From Octopus bimaculoides (lineage: Eukaryota): 64,000 nucleotides of DNA. Both the position numbers and the translations under genes were made by a program. Of this stretch, positions 1 through 12,345 are shown in pieces (position 1 is the first letter of the stretch; every line of letters starts with the position of its first letter). The stretch lies in assembly GCF_001194135.2 (NCBI RefSeq), contig NC_068990.1:92654117-92718116 (forward strand), in the 5' to 3' direction. The notes below the pieces were generated by a model. The model was not told the origin of the DNA. It saw only the letters and a list, made by a program, of their open reading frames with translations, and ran no database searches.

Positions 1-435
1 AACCCTTTTCTTACCATATTCCTATTGAAATGCACTGCATCTGTTTAAATTAATTTTGAAAATAATGAAGAGTTTAGTAAAATAACTTGGCCGTTTTTAA
101 GCTTAACAGTGCAATTGCACTGCCTTTAACAAAAATCACATGCTTAGACAAAGCCCTCTTCATACAAGCCCTTCTGATGTGTTCCAGCATTGGGTCTTTC
201 CCTAACTTTTGTATGCAAAACCAATTGGTGAAATACTCTACTGTTTAAACATCAATACATTCACACATATTTATCTGTGATATGAAGACTTAGAATCGGT
301 TGAATTTGTAAACTTTTTTATTGACTTTTTTTTTTCCAAAAAATACAATTTTTTTTAGCTGCTTATTGATGTTTTTCTCTTTTTTAAAATTTGGGTTGAT
401 TTGATAGATTTTCTGTTTTTCATTTTTCCTTTCAG

Positions 436-590
436 TCACATATGATTCCTGATAATGGTATACAACCATTATTGGTATTCGTAAACGTCAAAAGCGGTGG
501 CTGCCAGGGAACAGAACTCATCACTTCTTTCCGTAAACTTCTTAACCCTCATCAAGTTTTTAATTTAGAAGCTGGTGGTCCTCTACCTGG
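436..590 (+). CDS. DGKQ: Diacylglycerol kinase theta, internal exon (start of catalytic domain)
   Basis: ttcag acceptor at 435, gtaaat donor at 591. Reads [52 protein letters not shown], the DAGKc N-terminal PLLVFVNxKSGG motif. Phase 0 to 2 joins the next exon. Upstream exons lie outside the window. Confidence 0.95.
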
Positions 591-1284
591 GTAAATAATC
601 TTTTCTGTTTTATGTGTTTTTTGTTTTGTCTTTTTTTTTTAATGCTAATTGTCTCCTATGTTTCCAGATATTTTAGTAATTCTACAAAATGTTGTCATCT
701 GTGAATTGACAAATATTAGTAACACAGCCTGCAGTTGGCTGTCTCACATCCAGGGGTTGATTGTCTTGCAACCTACAGTGGACTGTCTTGCAGCCTGTTG
801 TGAACTGCCCACACAGCAGCCTGTCTCTCAGACTGTCTCCTGCCATTACTGTTCTAAGTAGAAATCTTCTGTCTCTGCCTCAATGGCACTTCAGTCAATT
901 TAACAAACAGGAATAATCTAAATAATCTATGTATGAACTTTTCTTTGGATTTATGTATCTACTGTTTCTTTTACTTTCTCTCTTTTTCTTTCACTTCTTT
1001 TGTGTCCCTCTTCTCTCTCGCTTTCAATTTAACAAGGTGTATATGTATCTGCTTGTGATGTGATAAACATTTAAAAACACAAAACAAATGCCGTCACCAC
1101 TCACTGTCTCTTTCACTCTCTCTCTCTTTCTCTCTCACTCTCACTTTCTCTCTCTCTTACTTCCTCTCTGTCCTCCTCTCTCGCTTTGCCACTTATTTGA
1201 AGTAAGTGTGACACACACAACAGGTACGTATAAAAAGGAAAAGTTAGCGTATTAATATTATTGATAATAATAATAATAATAATA

Positions 1285-2070
1285 AAGAGACTGAGAGCAC
1301 TAAACTGGCACAAAGGAACCCTGAAAGAAGGAAAAGAGACCGAGAGAACTATACCAGCAGAGCAAGACCAAGCTTTGGCCATGAACTGGAGGGTCAACCT
1401 TAGGAATGAGCAAGTGTCTCCGCTGTGCCGCATCTGCAATAGAGTGGATGAAACCATTGTCCATATCATGAGCGAATGCCCTAGACTTGACCAAAACCAC
1501 CACAAGTTGTGATGACATGATCAGTTAGCAAAAGTGCTACATAAGAAACTGTGCAAAAAGTGTAGAGAGAGGTAAGATGTGGTATGAGCACAAACCACAG
1601 AAAGTGGGATTTTCCAATCCAAACAGATCAAGTGCTAGAACATAACAGGCTGGACCTAATGGTGGTGGACAAGGTGCACCACATGTGCTATATAGTTGGT
1701 GTTGTGTGCCCCTTTGACCCATGAATAGTCAAGAAGGAAGGTGAAAAGATGGATGTAACCCTCTTAAGTACGAAATAGCCTGGTTATGGAAAATGAAGAG
1801 GGTGAAGATAGTGCCAATTATTATTGGATCCTTGGGAAAAGTATTAGAAGGCATCAAGGGGAATATAAAGGAAATTGGAAAAGAGTGCCCAGTAGAACTG
1901 TTGCAAAAGGTTTGCCTCCTTGGCATGGCCAGAATAATCAGGAAAGTATTAGATAACTGAAAAGAACGGATAGCATGGTACCGTAGGCTGCAGGTAGGAA
2001 GCCCGCTATGCATGCAAGAGTCCAAGAGTTCCAACAAAACCTGTGATAAAGAGAAATAATAATAATAATC
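1285..2070 (+). mobile_element. 5'-truncated R4/Dong-like non-LTR retrotransposon (zinc knuckle plus REL endonuclease end)
   Basis: KETERTIPAEQDQAL...SPLCRICNRVDETIVHIMSECPRL..., followed across frameshifts by IQTD..LEHNR, KYEIA.LW.MKRVKIVPIIIGSLG and LLQKVCLLG.ARIIRKVLD. Flanked on both sides by (TAA)n. Confidence 0.8.
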
Positions 2071-2265
2071 CTTTCTGCTATAAGCACAAGGCCTGAAATT
2101 TTGGCAGGAGGGGGATAGTAAATTACATTGACCCCTGTGTTCAGCTGGTCCTTATTTTATTGACCCCAAAAGGACGAAAGGCAAAATCAGCCTTGGTGGA
2201 ATTTGAACTCAGAATGTGAAGATGGACGAAACACTGCTAACGACTCTGCCAGCTTACCACCTTAA
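2071..2265 (-). mobile_element. Abundant tRNA-derived SINE (family 1)
   Basis: Head ggtaagctggcagagtcgttagc, core ttctgagttcaaattcc...gccttt...ggggtcaataaaataag. Recurs many times in the window. Confidence 0.8.
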
Positions 2266-2679
2266 TAATAATAATAATAATAATAATAACAATACATTGG
2301 TGCAAGGAGAGAGTATTTAGTTAATTGAACTGCCTCCCCCCCCCCCACCTCCTCTCCTGTATCTAGTCTATTGATCCAGAAGGTCAACTCCAGTGGGATT
2401 TCAACTCTGAATGTAATAAATAGCTAAATGCCAGAAGACATTTAATCTGGCGCTCAACCATTTCTGCCACTGGTCTGATGATGCAGATAATGAGTGTAGT
2501 AATAATAATAATAATAATAATGATAATAAAGTCAGTTTATTAAATAATTAATAGTGTCTTTTAATTAAAATGTTATATTGCTGAATATATCTCATTAATT
2601 CTCATTAGACTAATGGAAATGACTGTGATTATGCAATTTAATGATTATACAGTTTCCATATCTCCCATGTGCAGTAGTA

Positions 2680-3070
2680 TAGAATGTTACCGCACAGAAG
2701 TGGCACGAGTGCACACTGTTGCAGTAAGGGTACACAATGTTGCAAGGTACATAACATGCACATTGGTGCATAGGTACATGACTTGGTGCAGAAGTGCACT
2801 ATGATAGAGCTATACAAACAGAGATGCACAATTTGGCACAGATGACTATGGCACTGAGGTCGCAGTATTGCATAGAAGTGTACAGTATACCAGTGATGCA
2901 CAAAATAGCACAGGTGTGCAGCATGGAACAGAAGTGAGCAGGTGTTGTGTGGAAGTGCACAGTATGGCTCAGAGGTGCACAGCATGGAATGGAAGTGTCA
3001 CAAGGGACATAGATGCACAGAATTATGGGGGGGGGCACAGTATGGCACAGAGTTACACAATTTTGTATAA
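2680..3070. repeat. Degenerate about 20-bp minisatellite
   Basis: Repeated variants of gtgcacagtatggcacaga(a/g). Confidence 0.65.
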
Positions 3071-4392
3071 AATGCACAGTCACACAAACATGCAAACATG
3101 CAAAATATAGCACAAAAACTGTCATCATATAAAGACGGTTTTAAAGTGTCTTCTTTTAGAAGTTCACCTGAAAACAATTATTTGTCTGTTTTACCTGTAT
3201 GTTAATGAACACTTCCTGATCAACAGGTGTAAACTATATTCCATTAATTATTTATTGTGAAATTAATTTGAAGAACACCTGAAACAGTTAGGGCAAAGAT
3301 GTGTTGTTGGTTAGCCCGAGATCCACCATGAACAATCTTTCAATAGACAGGCAGGTAGTCAACCAAACAATGGATTACAAGCTAGTCTTATTTTTCTATA
3401 TATAAACCATGGCATCACCGAGATGAAGGTCAGACTGGTGATAATCCAGACATGTTGCATCATCTCCTCTATTCAGTACAGTTGAGGATCCTGGTGATGG
3501 TGACAATGGAGGTTGATAAGGTGGACTAACAAACAAACGGACGAATACACTGCATTGTTGTGTAAACGAGAGAGTAGGAAGTAAAATTACTTCATTAATG
3601 AGTTTAGGAATACAGAATATTATGTTAAAGCATATATATTGACAATGTCCATAACTTCATTACGGTTTGCTTGGTTCAGCCTCTGTTATTAGAGGATTTA
3701 TTCTTGACCTCAGATATACATTGGTCACAGACTTGACTCAAACAAACTATTTTGTTTCTTAACTAAGTGATGTGATTTCTTTGTCCCACTGGACCGGGGA
3801 AAGGGTGAGGGATATGAGTGAATGACAGCTGATGATATTCAGAGATCAAACTATTTGAAACAGATATAAATATTGTAAATATATATATATTATGAAGTGT
3901 AATAGCATAACTCATGGTTTCTCGATTGGTTTTCATTTTTTTTTTCTTGTCTCATGCATCACTTTGATTTTCAAATTTAGAAAATTAAAAGTGTGCTTCA
4001 CTGTGAATGGACAAAGTTAGTATATAGCATGAATGTATATACAAAGAGAAATCCAATATTATCTGCACTTTTGCCAAAACTTTCTTTAGTTTGGCTGCAC
4101 TTTCTTCAGTGCTCACGTACTTAAAAGTGGGACTCGTGTAATGACACAACTGAGCTTTCCCCTTCATCCCTCCAGGTCTCTTTCTGGTGTTGCAGGGTAA
4201 ACATGGCTACTAGAATAAGAATAGGCTGGACAAAGTGTAGAAACACTGCTAGATCAGATCGGGGCCTGGTGCAGCCTCCTGGCTTCCCAGACTCCAGTCA
4301 AACCGTCAAACCCATGCCAGCATGGAAAACAGACGTTAAATGATGATTATGATTAAATGTGGTTCTAAGTTTGTTATTTTTTATCTTTTCAG

Positions 4393-4541
4393 ATTATATG
4401 TATTTCGGAATGTTTCCTACTATAAAATCTTAGTCTGTGGTGGTGACGGAACTGTTGGTTGGGTTCTGTCATGTTTAGATAATGTATGCCAAGATGCTGT
4501 TTGTCAGTCTCCTCCTTTGGCAATAATTCCTTTAGGCACAG
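4393..4541 (+). CDS. DGKQ: DGK theta exon with ATP-binding GGDGTVGW motif
   Basis: ttttcag / gtatga. Reads [50 protein letters not shown]. Phases consistent with both neighbours. Confidence 0.97.
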
Positions 4542-5576
4542 GTATGAAAATCCCTTTCTCATCTTGTCTAATGTACATATATTTATTTTATTTTTTTGTA
4601 TCTATGGGTGTGAGGATTATTTTTTTTTTTTTTAAGGGTGATTGTCTGAACAGCTACTCAAGAAGTAGGAGCTGGGACTGGTTTGAGAAGCTTGCTTCCA
4701 AACCATGTGGTCTCGGGTTCAATCTCATTGTGCAGCACCTTGGACAAGTGTCTTCTACCACAGCCTTCAGCTAACAAAAGCTTTGTGAGTCGATTTGGTA
4801 GACAGAGACTGAAATAAGCACATCATGTGTCTGTGTGTGTATATACCTTTGACTTGACTTCATATGATGCTTGTAAATGAACCTCACCATTATACAAGTG
4901 ATATTGTCTGTTTTCAATCTTCTGCATTTAATGTCACTGCTTCTCACTATTCGAATTTTCATCAAACTACAAATGTCCAAAAATATATATCTTTTACTAT
5001 ACACAAGATACATCTCCCTTCATGTAACTTGTTGTCAATAAACTAGCAGTATGACTAGTTATGTTGTGTATACTTTGATGGTAGATATCATGTACTTCAA
5101 CAGTATCTTTTCAAGTATACAAGTGCGCTGAGTATATTTTATTGTAGCACCAGCATTAGAGGGTTTGCCATGACTTATCAAGACAAAAGTAGTCTGTCAA
5201 CCTTACGCTATATTTGTGATGTTTAATAAATAGAAACACATTCAATTAACCGGTAAATTACTCTTTGGCATATTTTAATATTAATATATTGAAATTCACT
5301 AACGATTAAATTGGCAGTTAAATGGAGAGTTTGAAAGAAAATTATGGGTGGGGAAATGGCTGCAAGTGTGTGTAATATTTTTGACTGATGTGATATTTTA
5401 CAGCTGTGGAAGTGAAGTGGGAATATATGATGATTTCTCAGTAGAAATTGTTTGAGTTTTAATTTGATTGTTATTTTAAACAAAAATCTTTATCATGTGA
5501 CTTACGCTTTTTTCACATTTCTCAGTTCTTCTTGGAATATGGTCCCTAATAATCTTTCATTTCATTTTTATTACAG

Positions 5577-5685
5577 GAAATGATTTAGCTAGAGTATTAC
5601 GCTGGGGTCCTGGATATACTGGCGGGGAAGATCCCCTTAATTTACTCAGAGATGTAATTGATGCAGAAGAAATTAAACTTGACAG
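5577..5685 (+). CDS. DGKQ: DGK theta exon
   Basis: ttacag / gtaagt. Reads (G)NDLARVLRWGPGYTGGEDPLNLLRDVIDAEEIKLDR and completes the PLGTGNDLAR motif. Confidence 0.97.
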
Positions 5686-6909
5686 GTAAGTAACAAAATA
5701 TATATTACTTTTAAAAAAATACATGCAGTGTTCTTGCCATGAAGGTTTCTATCCCACTTCTGGGATTTCAAATTTTGATTTTTCCTTTATTCTGTTTTTG
5801 GTATTCCTTGTGGAGATAAATTTAGTGAGCAATATTTGTGCTCATTCTGTGTATATGTGTGTAAATATGATGTACCAAAGTTATACTTCCTTTATTGTCC
5901 ATTTTAAAACAATGATAGATTTTGTATTCCTCCACCAGTTCTTTGGTAAAATAATGTTTCCTACCATATCTCTGAAGAAGTTTAATTTTGAATACTTTTA
6001 ACAACAGCCTAAATCTTAACCCAGTACACCTTCAGTTGTTTATAGTTTCCATGGATTAAACTAATTCTGCCGCTTCTGTATTTAGTCTGTTATGATAACT
6101 TATATCAGTTCCATACATTCAAAAGTTCCTTATTTCAAGGAACAGGAGAAAGATGTATACTAAGAGGGACTTACCTCAAATTCCTTATGCTGCTACTGCC
6201 ATAAAATCCATTTGTCTTGCAAAGCCATGGATCCTCAGTAAATGCATTGTTTATAATTGTCCTACATGTACTAACACTCATCACTTAACGCCTTTCAGGA
6301 GCCATTCTTTATGGTTTGTAGTTTTACTTACAGTTGTTACCATTTCATAGTGACTGCTGAGTAAATATTAACCTAGCTATAGAATTATACAATGCAATAT
6401 ATGGGACTAAATTTATACATTTTAAACATATGTTGCATGAAATATCTGTACCTGTCAGTGACTGAGCAGCTAAGATAGTTATTTCCCTTAGTTTAGAAAT
6501 CAAAGTCCCTAATTTGAATCCAGTTTGGTACAATTTACATATCCAGGAATAAAACACTTCCTTTGGGGATCAAACTGATGAAGACATAGTTTAGATGTAA
6601 ACACTGAAAAAGTCTTTCATCTCTAAAGGTGAGGCTAATTGTCCAGAAAATCTCTTTTGTATTTATTTTTCGTCAAGTATCTATAGTCTTTCATTTAATC
6701 TTATTAGACATACATCATGCTGTAGAAGGAAACTCTGGTTATGAGATGCTGGGTGGATACATCCAATTTCTCCAGGTTCTTAGGACTTACAAACTGTTGC
6801 TAAGTATTAATGTTCTGTTGCAACATCAACTTATTACCTTGCATAAACCAGTGTGCATTCCCTCTATTTTGTTTTCTAATTAACCTTTCCATTTTTATTC
6901 TGTTGATAG

Positions 6910-7116
6910 ATGGACAGTAATTTTCCACCCTAATGAGAAAGAGATGCCAGATGAAACTAAGGTTGCCATAGCAAATGATACAAATTCAGCTAACACCAAT
7001 GAAGACAATACCACAATGTTTGTAATGAATAACTATTTTGGGATAGGAATTGATGCTGACCTCTGTTTAGATTTCCATATGGCCCGTGAAGAGAAACCAG
7101 ATAAATTCAATAGCCG
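6910..7116 (+). CDS. DGKQ: DGK theta exon (start of accessory domain)
   Basis: gatag / gtatgt. Reads [10 protein letters not shown]...[34 protein letters not shown] (DAGKa [11 protein letters not shown] motif). Confidence 0.96.
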
Positions 7117-7451
7117 GTATGTATATGTCTTTGTATTTTTTACCATTATACACTTCTCTCTTCTTACTTAGACACAACAGACATCAGTTACTTTTTTATA
7201 CCTCTTCTTTCTTTTCCTTTCTTCTCTTCTGTCTTCTCACTTGTTTTTCTCTTCTGTCTCTCATGTTATCTTCTGTCTTCTCTCTTCTTTCTATCCATTA
7301 TGCAAAAATAACTGTAGTTTTTAACCATCAACTTTAAATCAATTTATCAACCGAAGTATGGTAGCAAAAGGGGATTGAATGTGTGTTAGTTACCCAAATA
7401 TGTTTTATATGTCTTTTCTTTAATTATGTTTCTTGTTTTCTTCTTTCAAAG

Positions 7452-7607
7452 GCTTCATAACAAAGGAGTCTACATAAAGATGGGATTACGGAAAATGGTA
7501 AACAAAAAAGCTTGCAAAGATTTGCACCGTTGCATCAAGTTAGAAGTCGATGGCAAATTAATTGACCTTCCACCTGTTGAGGGTATCATCATTCTAAACA
7601 TTCTTAG
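7452..7607 (+). CDS. DGKQ: DGK theta exon
   Basis: ttcaaag / gtaagc. Reads LHNKGVYIKMGLRKMVNKKACKDLHRCIKLEVDGKLIDLPPVEGIIILNILS. Confidence 0.96.
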
Positions 7608-7992
7608 GTAAGCGACCGTTATTGTTGTTCTTGCTGCAGGTCTTAGCCAGGGAGCACATCTAACAACATATTAGACATTTCACTATGGCTGTTATTTATG
7701 ATAAGCAATGATATATTCTAACGAAAGGAAACCAAACTTTGAAAACTAAGATTCTGTTAAATTTGTAACATTTCAGTTTTGAAAAAGTTTTAAGAGAATT
7801 GGGTATTTATTATTATTATCATTATTTTTATGATTATTCAAATTCTGCCAAAGTTGACTTTGCATTTCATCTTTTCAGGGTCAATTAAATAAGTACCAGT
7901 TATGCACTGGAGCCGATCTAATTAACTAGCCCTTTCCCCCAAAATTTTCAAGGCCTTGTGCCTAGAGTAGAAATAATAATAATAATGATTTC

Positions 7993-8034
<42 letters not shown>

Positions 8035-8451
8035 TGGTGGCAAACTAGCAGAACCGTTAGCGTGCCGGGCGAAATGCTTAGCAGTATTTTGTCTGTCTTT
8101 ACGTTCTGTGTGTCACTTTAAAAACTATATATTTCAAACAAGAATTTAGCAGTGCCACCTCTAGCTGAACAGTTATTCTATGCTGATGAAGAGGAATAAC
8201 CCAGAAATCGCCATACACAGATATTGTTTTGTGCTGAGTGGGGGTGCTAAACTCCCTTGTTTGAAAAAACAAGGATACAGATCATGTCGTATAGCCAGCT
8301 GGAGACAATGTTTCCTGGGGCTAAATATCAATAACATTCAACTACCACATTTTGTTGGCAGATAATCTTTAATCTGATGTATATCACATTTGACAGAATA
8401 ATCTGAATGCTAAAGAAAAATAATTTTGACTTTTCTTCGTTGATATTTCAG

Positions 8452-8617
8452 TTGGGGTTCTGGAGCCAATCCATGGGGCCCTGAAAAAGAAGATTCTTTT
8501 AACAAACCCACCCACTATGATGGCATGTTGGAAGTTGTTGGTGTGACAGGTGTGGTACATATGGGTCAGATACAGAGTGGACTACGCAATGGCATCAGAA
8601 TTGCTCAGGGCGGACAT
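8452..8617 (+). CDS. DGKQ: DGK theta exon
   Basis: tttcag / gtaagt. Reads WGSGANPWGPEKEDSFNKPTHYDGMLEVVGVTGVVHMGQIQSGLRNGIRIAQGGH. GVVHMGQ..SG.RIAQG is the theta-type sequence as I recall it from human DGKQ. Confidence 0.96.
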
Positions 8618-8754
8618 GTAAGTTCTTGGATTTGTCTACCTACAATTTCATTTACATACACATCTAAATGTATTCATGCACACACTTGTTACCACATTGA
8701 CACCCATACACATCTAAGGTTATTCTAAATATATATATGTTTGTGTTTGATATT

Positions 8755-9600
8755 CACAAGTATAGCCAAAGACAAGAAGATGAATAGAATCTAACCTAGC
8801 AAAAACCAAAGCCTTAGTAAGTAGGAAGTGGAACAAATCACAAATCCCTTCAGGTAGATGGCCTTGCTCAATCTGTAGAAAAGGCATAGGTAGAAACTCC
8901 ATAAGATGTACCCGGTGTAAGCTTTGGGCACATAAGAGGTGCAGCAATATCAAAGGAAGGTTAACCGGGAAGATAGATTTTGTGTGTGGCAAATGCTCAG
9001 GGGCAATAAACACTGACAATGTACAGAAAACAGATTCCATCACATTCCAAGGGGAAACACTAGAAGTAGTTGATAGCTTCCACTACATAGGTGACCAAGT
9101 CAGTAGCTGGGATAGATGAGAGCATAGCTGCTAGAATAAGAATAGCCTGGGCAAAGTTCAGAGAGCTCCTACCTCTGCTGGTAACAAAGGGCCCTTCGCT
9201 CAGAGTGAAAGGTAGACTGTATGGTGCCTGTGTGAGAAAAGTCATGCTACATGGCAGTGAAACATGGGCCGTGACTGCTGAGGACGTGTAGGCTTGAAAG
9301 AAATGAAGCTACATGACTGAGTGTAAGCGCCCTGAGAGAAAAGTTGAGCATAAAAGCATCAGATGTGGTGTGCAAAAGAGATGACTGCTGGAATGGTCAC
9401 GTTATGTGTATGGATGAAGGCAGCTGTGTGAAGAAGTGTCACACCCTAACAGTGGAGGGAACCTGTGGAAGAGGTAGACCCAGGAAGACATGGGATGAGG
9501 TAGTGATACACGATCTTTAAACATTGGGCCTCACAAAGGCAATGACAAGTGACCATTATCTGGATGTTAAACTCACCATAACCCACATATGCATACTTAA
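8755..9600 (+). mobile_element. Decayed RTE-clade LINE 3' fragment in DGKQ intron
   Basis: GRWPCSICRKGIGRNSIRCTRCKLW...; IAARIRIAWAKFRELLPLLVTKGPSLRVKGRLYGACVRKVMLHGSETWAVTAED; RGRPRKTWDEVV. Confidence 0.88.
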
Positions 9601-9715
9601 TCAATCTCTCTCTCTCCCTCTCTCTCTATCTCTCTCTCTTACCAAAAACGCCATCAAAATACAATAAAAACAAACCATTTTCTAGTTTGATGATTCAGAA
9701 TTCTTTCTATTTCAG

Positions 9716-9814
9716 TTAAGAATTACACTTTTAACAGATCTACCTGTACAGGTAGATGGGGAACCTTGGATTCAACCAGCTGGCCAAGTTATGGTCTTAC
9801 GCTCAGCACTCAAG
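9716..9814 (+). CDS. DGKQ: DGK theta exon
   Basis: tttcag / gtaatt. Reads LRITLLTDLPVQVDGEPWIQPAGQVMVLRSALK (QVDGEPW motif), phase 0 to 0. Confidence 0.96.
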
Positions 9815-10145
9815 GTAATTAACTTCCTTCTAATTAATTAGACTTATGCTACCTCCATCCAGGTAGGCCTCAAAAGTATCCTGCAATGAACAGCAACCTG
9901 GGCTCATTCACCAACAGAAAGATACAGTTACTACGTATAGCTTTCAATTGAAGAGTCATGGCTAAGGAGATTCTCTTGCCAAGAAATCACTAGAAAGTCT
10001 GGCCATAAATTGTATGGTCACTTTGTACCTACAGGCTGTGATGCATGAAACTAACCTCTTTGTAATTCATGGATGTTCCGCATGCTTTTGGGTTGTTTTT
10101 TTTTCCTTTTTACAATAGTTTGGTCAGGAAGAAGGGATTCTGTAC

Positions 10146-10621
10146 NNNNNNNNNNNNNNNNNNNNNNNNNNNNNNNNNNNNNNNNNNNNNNNNNNNNNNN
10201 NNNNNNNNNNNNNNNNNNNNNNNNNNNNNNNNNNNNNNNNNNNNNNNNNNNNNNNNNNNNNNNNNNNNNNNNNNNNNNNNNNNNNNNNNNNNNNNNNNNN
10301 NNNNNNNNNNNNNNNNNNNNNNNNNNNNNNNNNNNNNNNNNNNNNNNNNNNNNNNNNNNNNNNNNNNNNNNNNNNNNNNNNNNNNNNNNNNNNNNNNNNN
10401 NNNNNNNNNNNNNNNNNNNNNNNNNNNNNNNNNNNNNNNNNNNNNNNNNNNNNNNNNNNNNNNNNNNNNNNNNNNNNNNNNNNNNNNNNNNNNNNNNNNN
10501 NNNNNNNNNNNNNNNNNNNNNNNNNNNNNNNNNNNNNNNNNNNNNNNNNNNNNNNNNNNNNNNNNNNNNNNNNNNNNNNNNNNNNNNNNNNNNNNNNNNN
10601 NNNNNNNNNNNNNNNNNNNNN
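10146..10621. other. Assembly gap (N run)
   Basis: N run. Other gaps at 15482-15843, 33180-34016, 36616-36847, 39992-40320 and 54264-54573. Confidence 1.
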
Positions 10622-11060
10622 ACCCATTGTTGCCTGCTTGCCTGTTGCTAGCCATCTGCTTATCTGTCGTGTGTCTGGCTGTATTTATAATGGTCATCCT
10701 AACTAGAAGAACAGACATACCATAGGAGTAATTTCTACCTGTGGAGGTTGCCTGCTGTCCAGTTGAACCTTCAGTGACACAGCCCAGGCTGGAGGGCGAA
10801 TGGAAATCCATCTATCACTTTTTGACAGGACAAAGAAATTTCTTTTGAGCCTGTTCAACCAGTGGTGGATCAGCTGAGTGAGAATCCTTAGATTCAGTTT
10901 CGAATCTCAACTCAGAAAATGAAGTGTTAGATTTTACAAGTATATATTTTTCTGAATGTTGACTGTTACTTTTATAATTGTTGTTTTCTGAAATGTTTGT
11001 GCCAGTTGTAATCTTAATTCTGACATTGCTAACATGGAAGTTCTGTTGTTTCATATCCAG

Positions 11061-11186
11061 GCCACAATGTTAAAGAAAAGTAAGAATAAAATCAAGAGGC
11101 GAAATACAGAACCAAGTATTTTCTTCCCCGATAATGAGCAGACCAAAACTACCCACTCTCCTAATGAGGAGAGCAGGCCACTTTAA
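11061..11186 (+). CDS. DGKQ: DGK theta terminal coding exon
   Basis: Pyrimidine-rich tract plus ccag acceptor at 11060. Reads ATMLKKSKNKIKRRNTEPSIFFPDNEQTKTTHSPNEESRPL* with TAA at 11184-11186. xxMLKK follows the accessory domain in DGKs. Confidence 0.88.
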   Translation, partial: ATMLKKSKNKIKRRNTEPSIFFPDNEQTKTTHSPNEESRPL

Positions 11187-11974
11187 CAGAGTACGTACAC
11201 ATTTACCTCCCTTCCTTTCCAAGTTTCTTATTTGAGCTAAAAATAATCTTTACTTCTCTACGTAACACTGTTTAACTAACAACACTAATAAATAACTTAT
11301 CACAACACCATTTTGTGCTTGAGTGTTACTATAGCAACAGTTCTCAGCTACATCTGTGATCTGGCTACATCTTTGAGGTTGTCCTCTTTTAAGTTTGCAC
11401 AATATTGAACTCATAGACAAAGTAGAGATGCATCAATTTGTAAATTTTATCTCAAAGTTCAAAACATTATCACTTTGTCTTGGTTACTGGAAGACTTGTA
11501 AATAAGAGAGGAAAATAACCAAATAATTTTACCAATTAATGTTAGAGCTAAGTATTCCTAAACACTTGACCATCTTGTGTAGTGGTCATGTGTCCTTTAA
11601 TACTTGACCAGCTGATATAGTGGTCTGCAAAGACCTTGCTGACATGAGATGAAAAGATAAAAGGCTATGCATTAAATTCACAAACTTTTTATTAAAGAAA
11701 ATGTCAAAAGGCAGAAATGCCATGCTTTCTCAAAGATTCTGCTGAGGCCATGCTTTCTGTAGACAGTCTTTTGTGTGGTGAGTGGTAAAGCAGGATATTA
11801 TTAGAAATATTGTGAGAATTAAGGTGAGAAAGGTCTTGTTTGATTTAGTAGAGAGTGATACTGTCTGATTCTTTTGATTCCAATGAAATGAGTGTGAAAA
11901 CATTGAAGTACCTCAACTAATGTGTAACTTCTGTACTTGACTGGAGTACAAACATGTTGTTGTTCATGGCACTC

Positions 11975-12345
11975 TGTAGGTTATGACAACAAGGGTTCCA
12001 GTCGATCTGATCAACAGAACAGCCCTGCTTGTGAAATTAACGTGCAAGTGGCTGAGCACTCCACAGACACCTGCACCCTTAACATACTTCTCGGGGATAT
12101 TCAGCATGACAGTGTGACAAGGCTGGCCCCTTTGAAATACGGGTACAACAGAAACAGGAAGAAAGAGTGAGAGAAGGTTGTGGTGAAAGAGTACAGCAGG
12201 GTTCGCCACCATCCCCTGCCGGAGCCTCGTGGAGCTTTAGGTGTTTTCGCTCAATAAACACTCACAACGCCTGGTCTAGGAATTGAAGCTGCAATCCTAT
12301 GACTGTGAGTCCGCTGCCCTAACCACTGGGCCATTGCACCTCCAC
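11975..12345 (-). mobile_element. tRNA-derived SINE, possibly MetaSINE-type
   Basis: Minus-strand head ggtgcaatggcccagtggttagggcagcggactcac...ttcaattcc (A-box and B-box-like). The central gtgtctgtggagtgctcagccacttgcacgttaatttcac segment resembles the Meta domain as I recall it; not verified. Confidence 0.65.

Noticed and set aside
6571-6605. ctgatga-a-gacat-agtttag-atgt-aaac as a hammerhead
   Set aside because: GAAA is incomplete and there is no stem I complement; too weak.
12270-12345. tRNA gene at SINE heads
   Set aside because: No full cloverleaf; the sequence continues into a SINE body.
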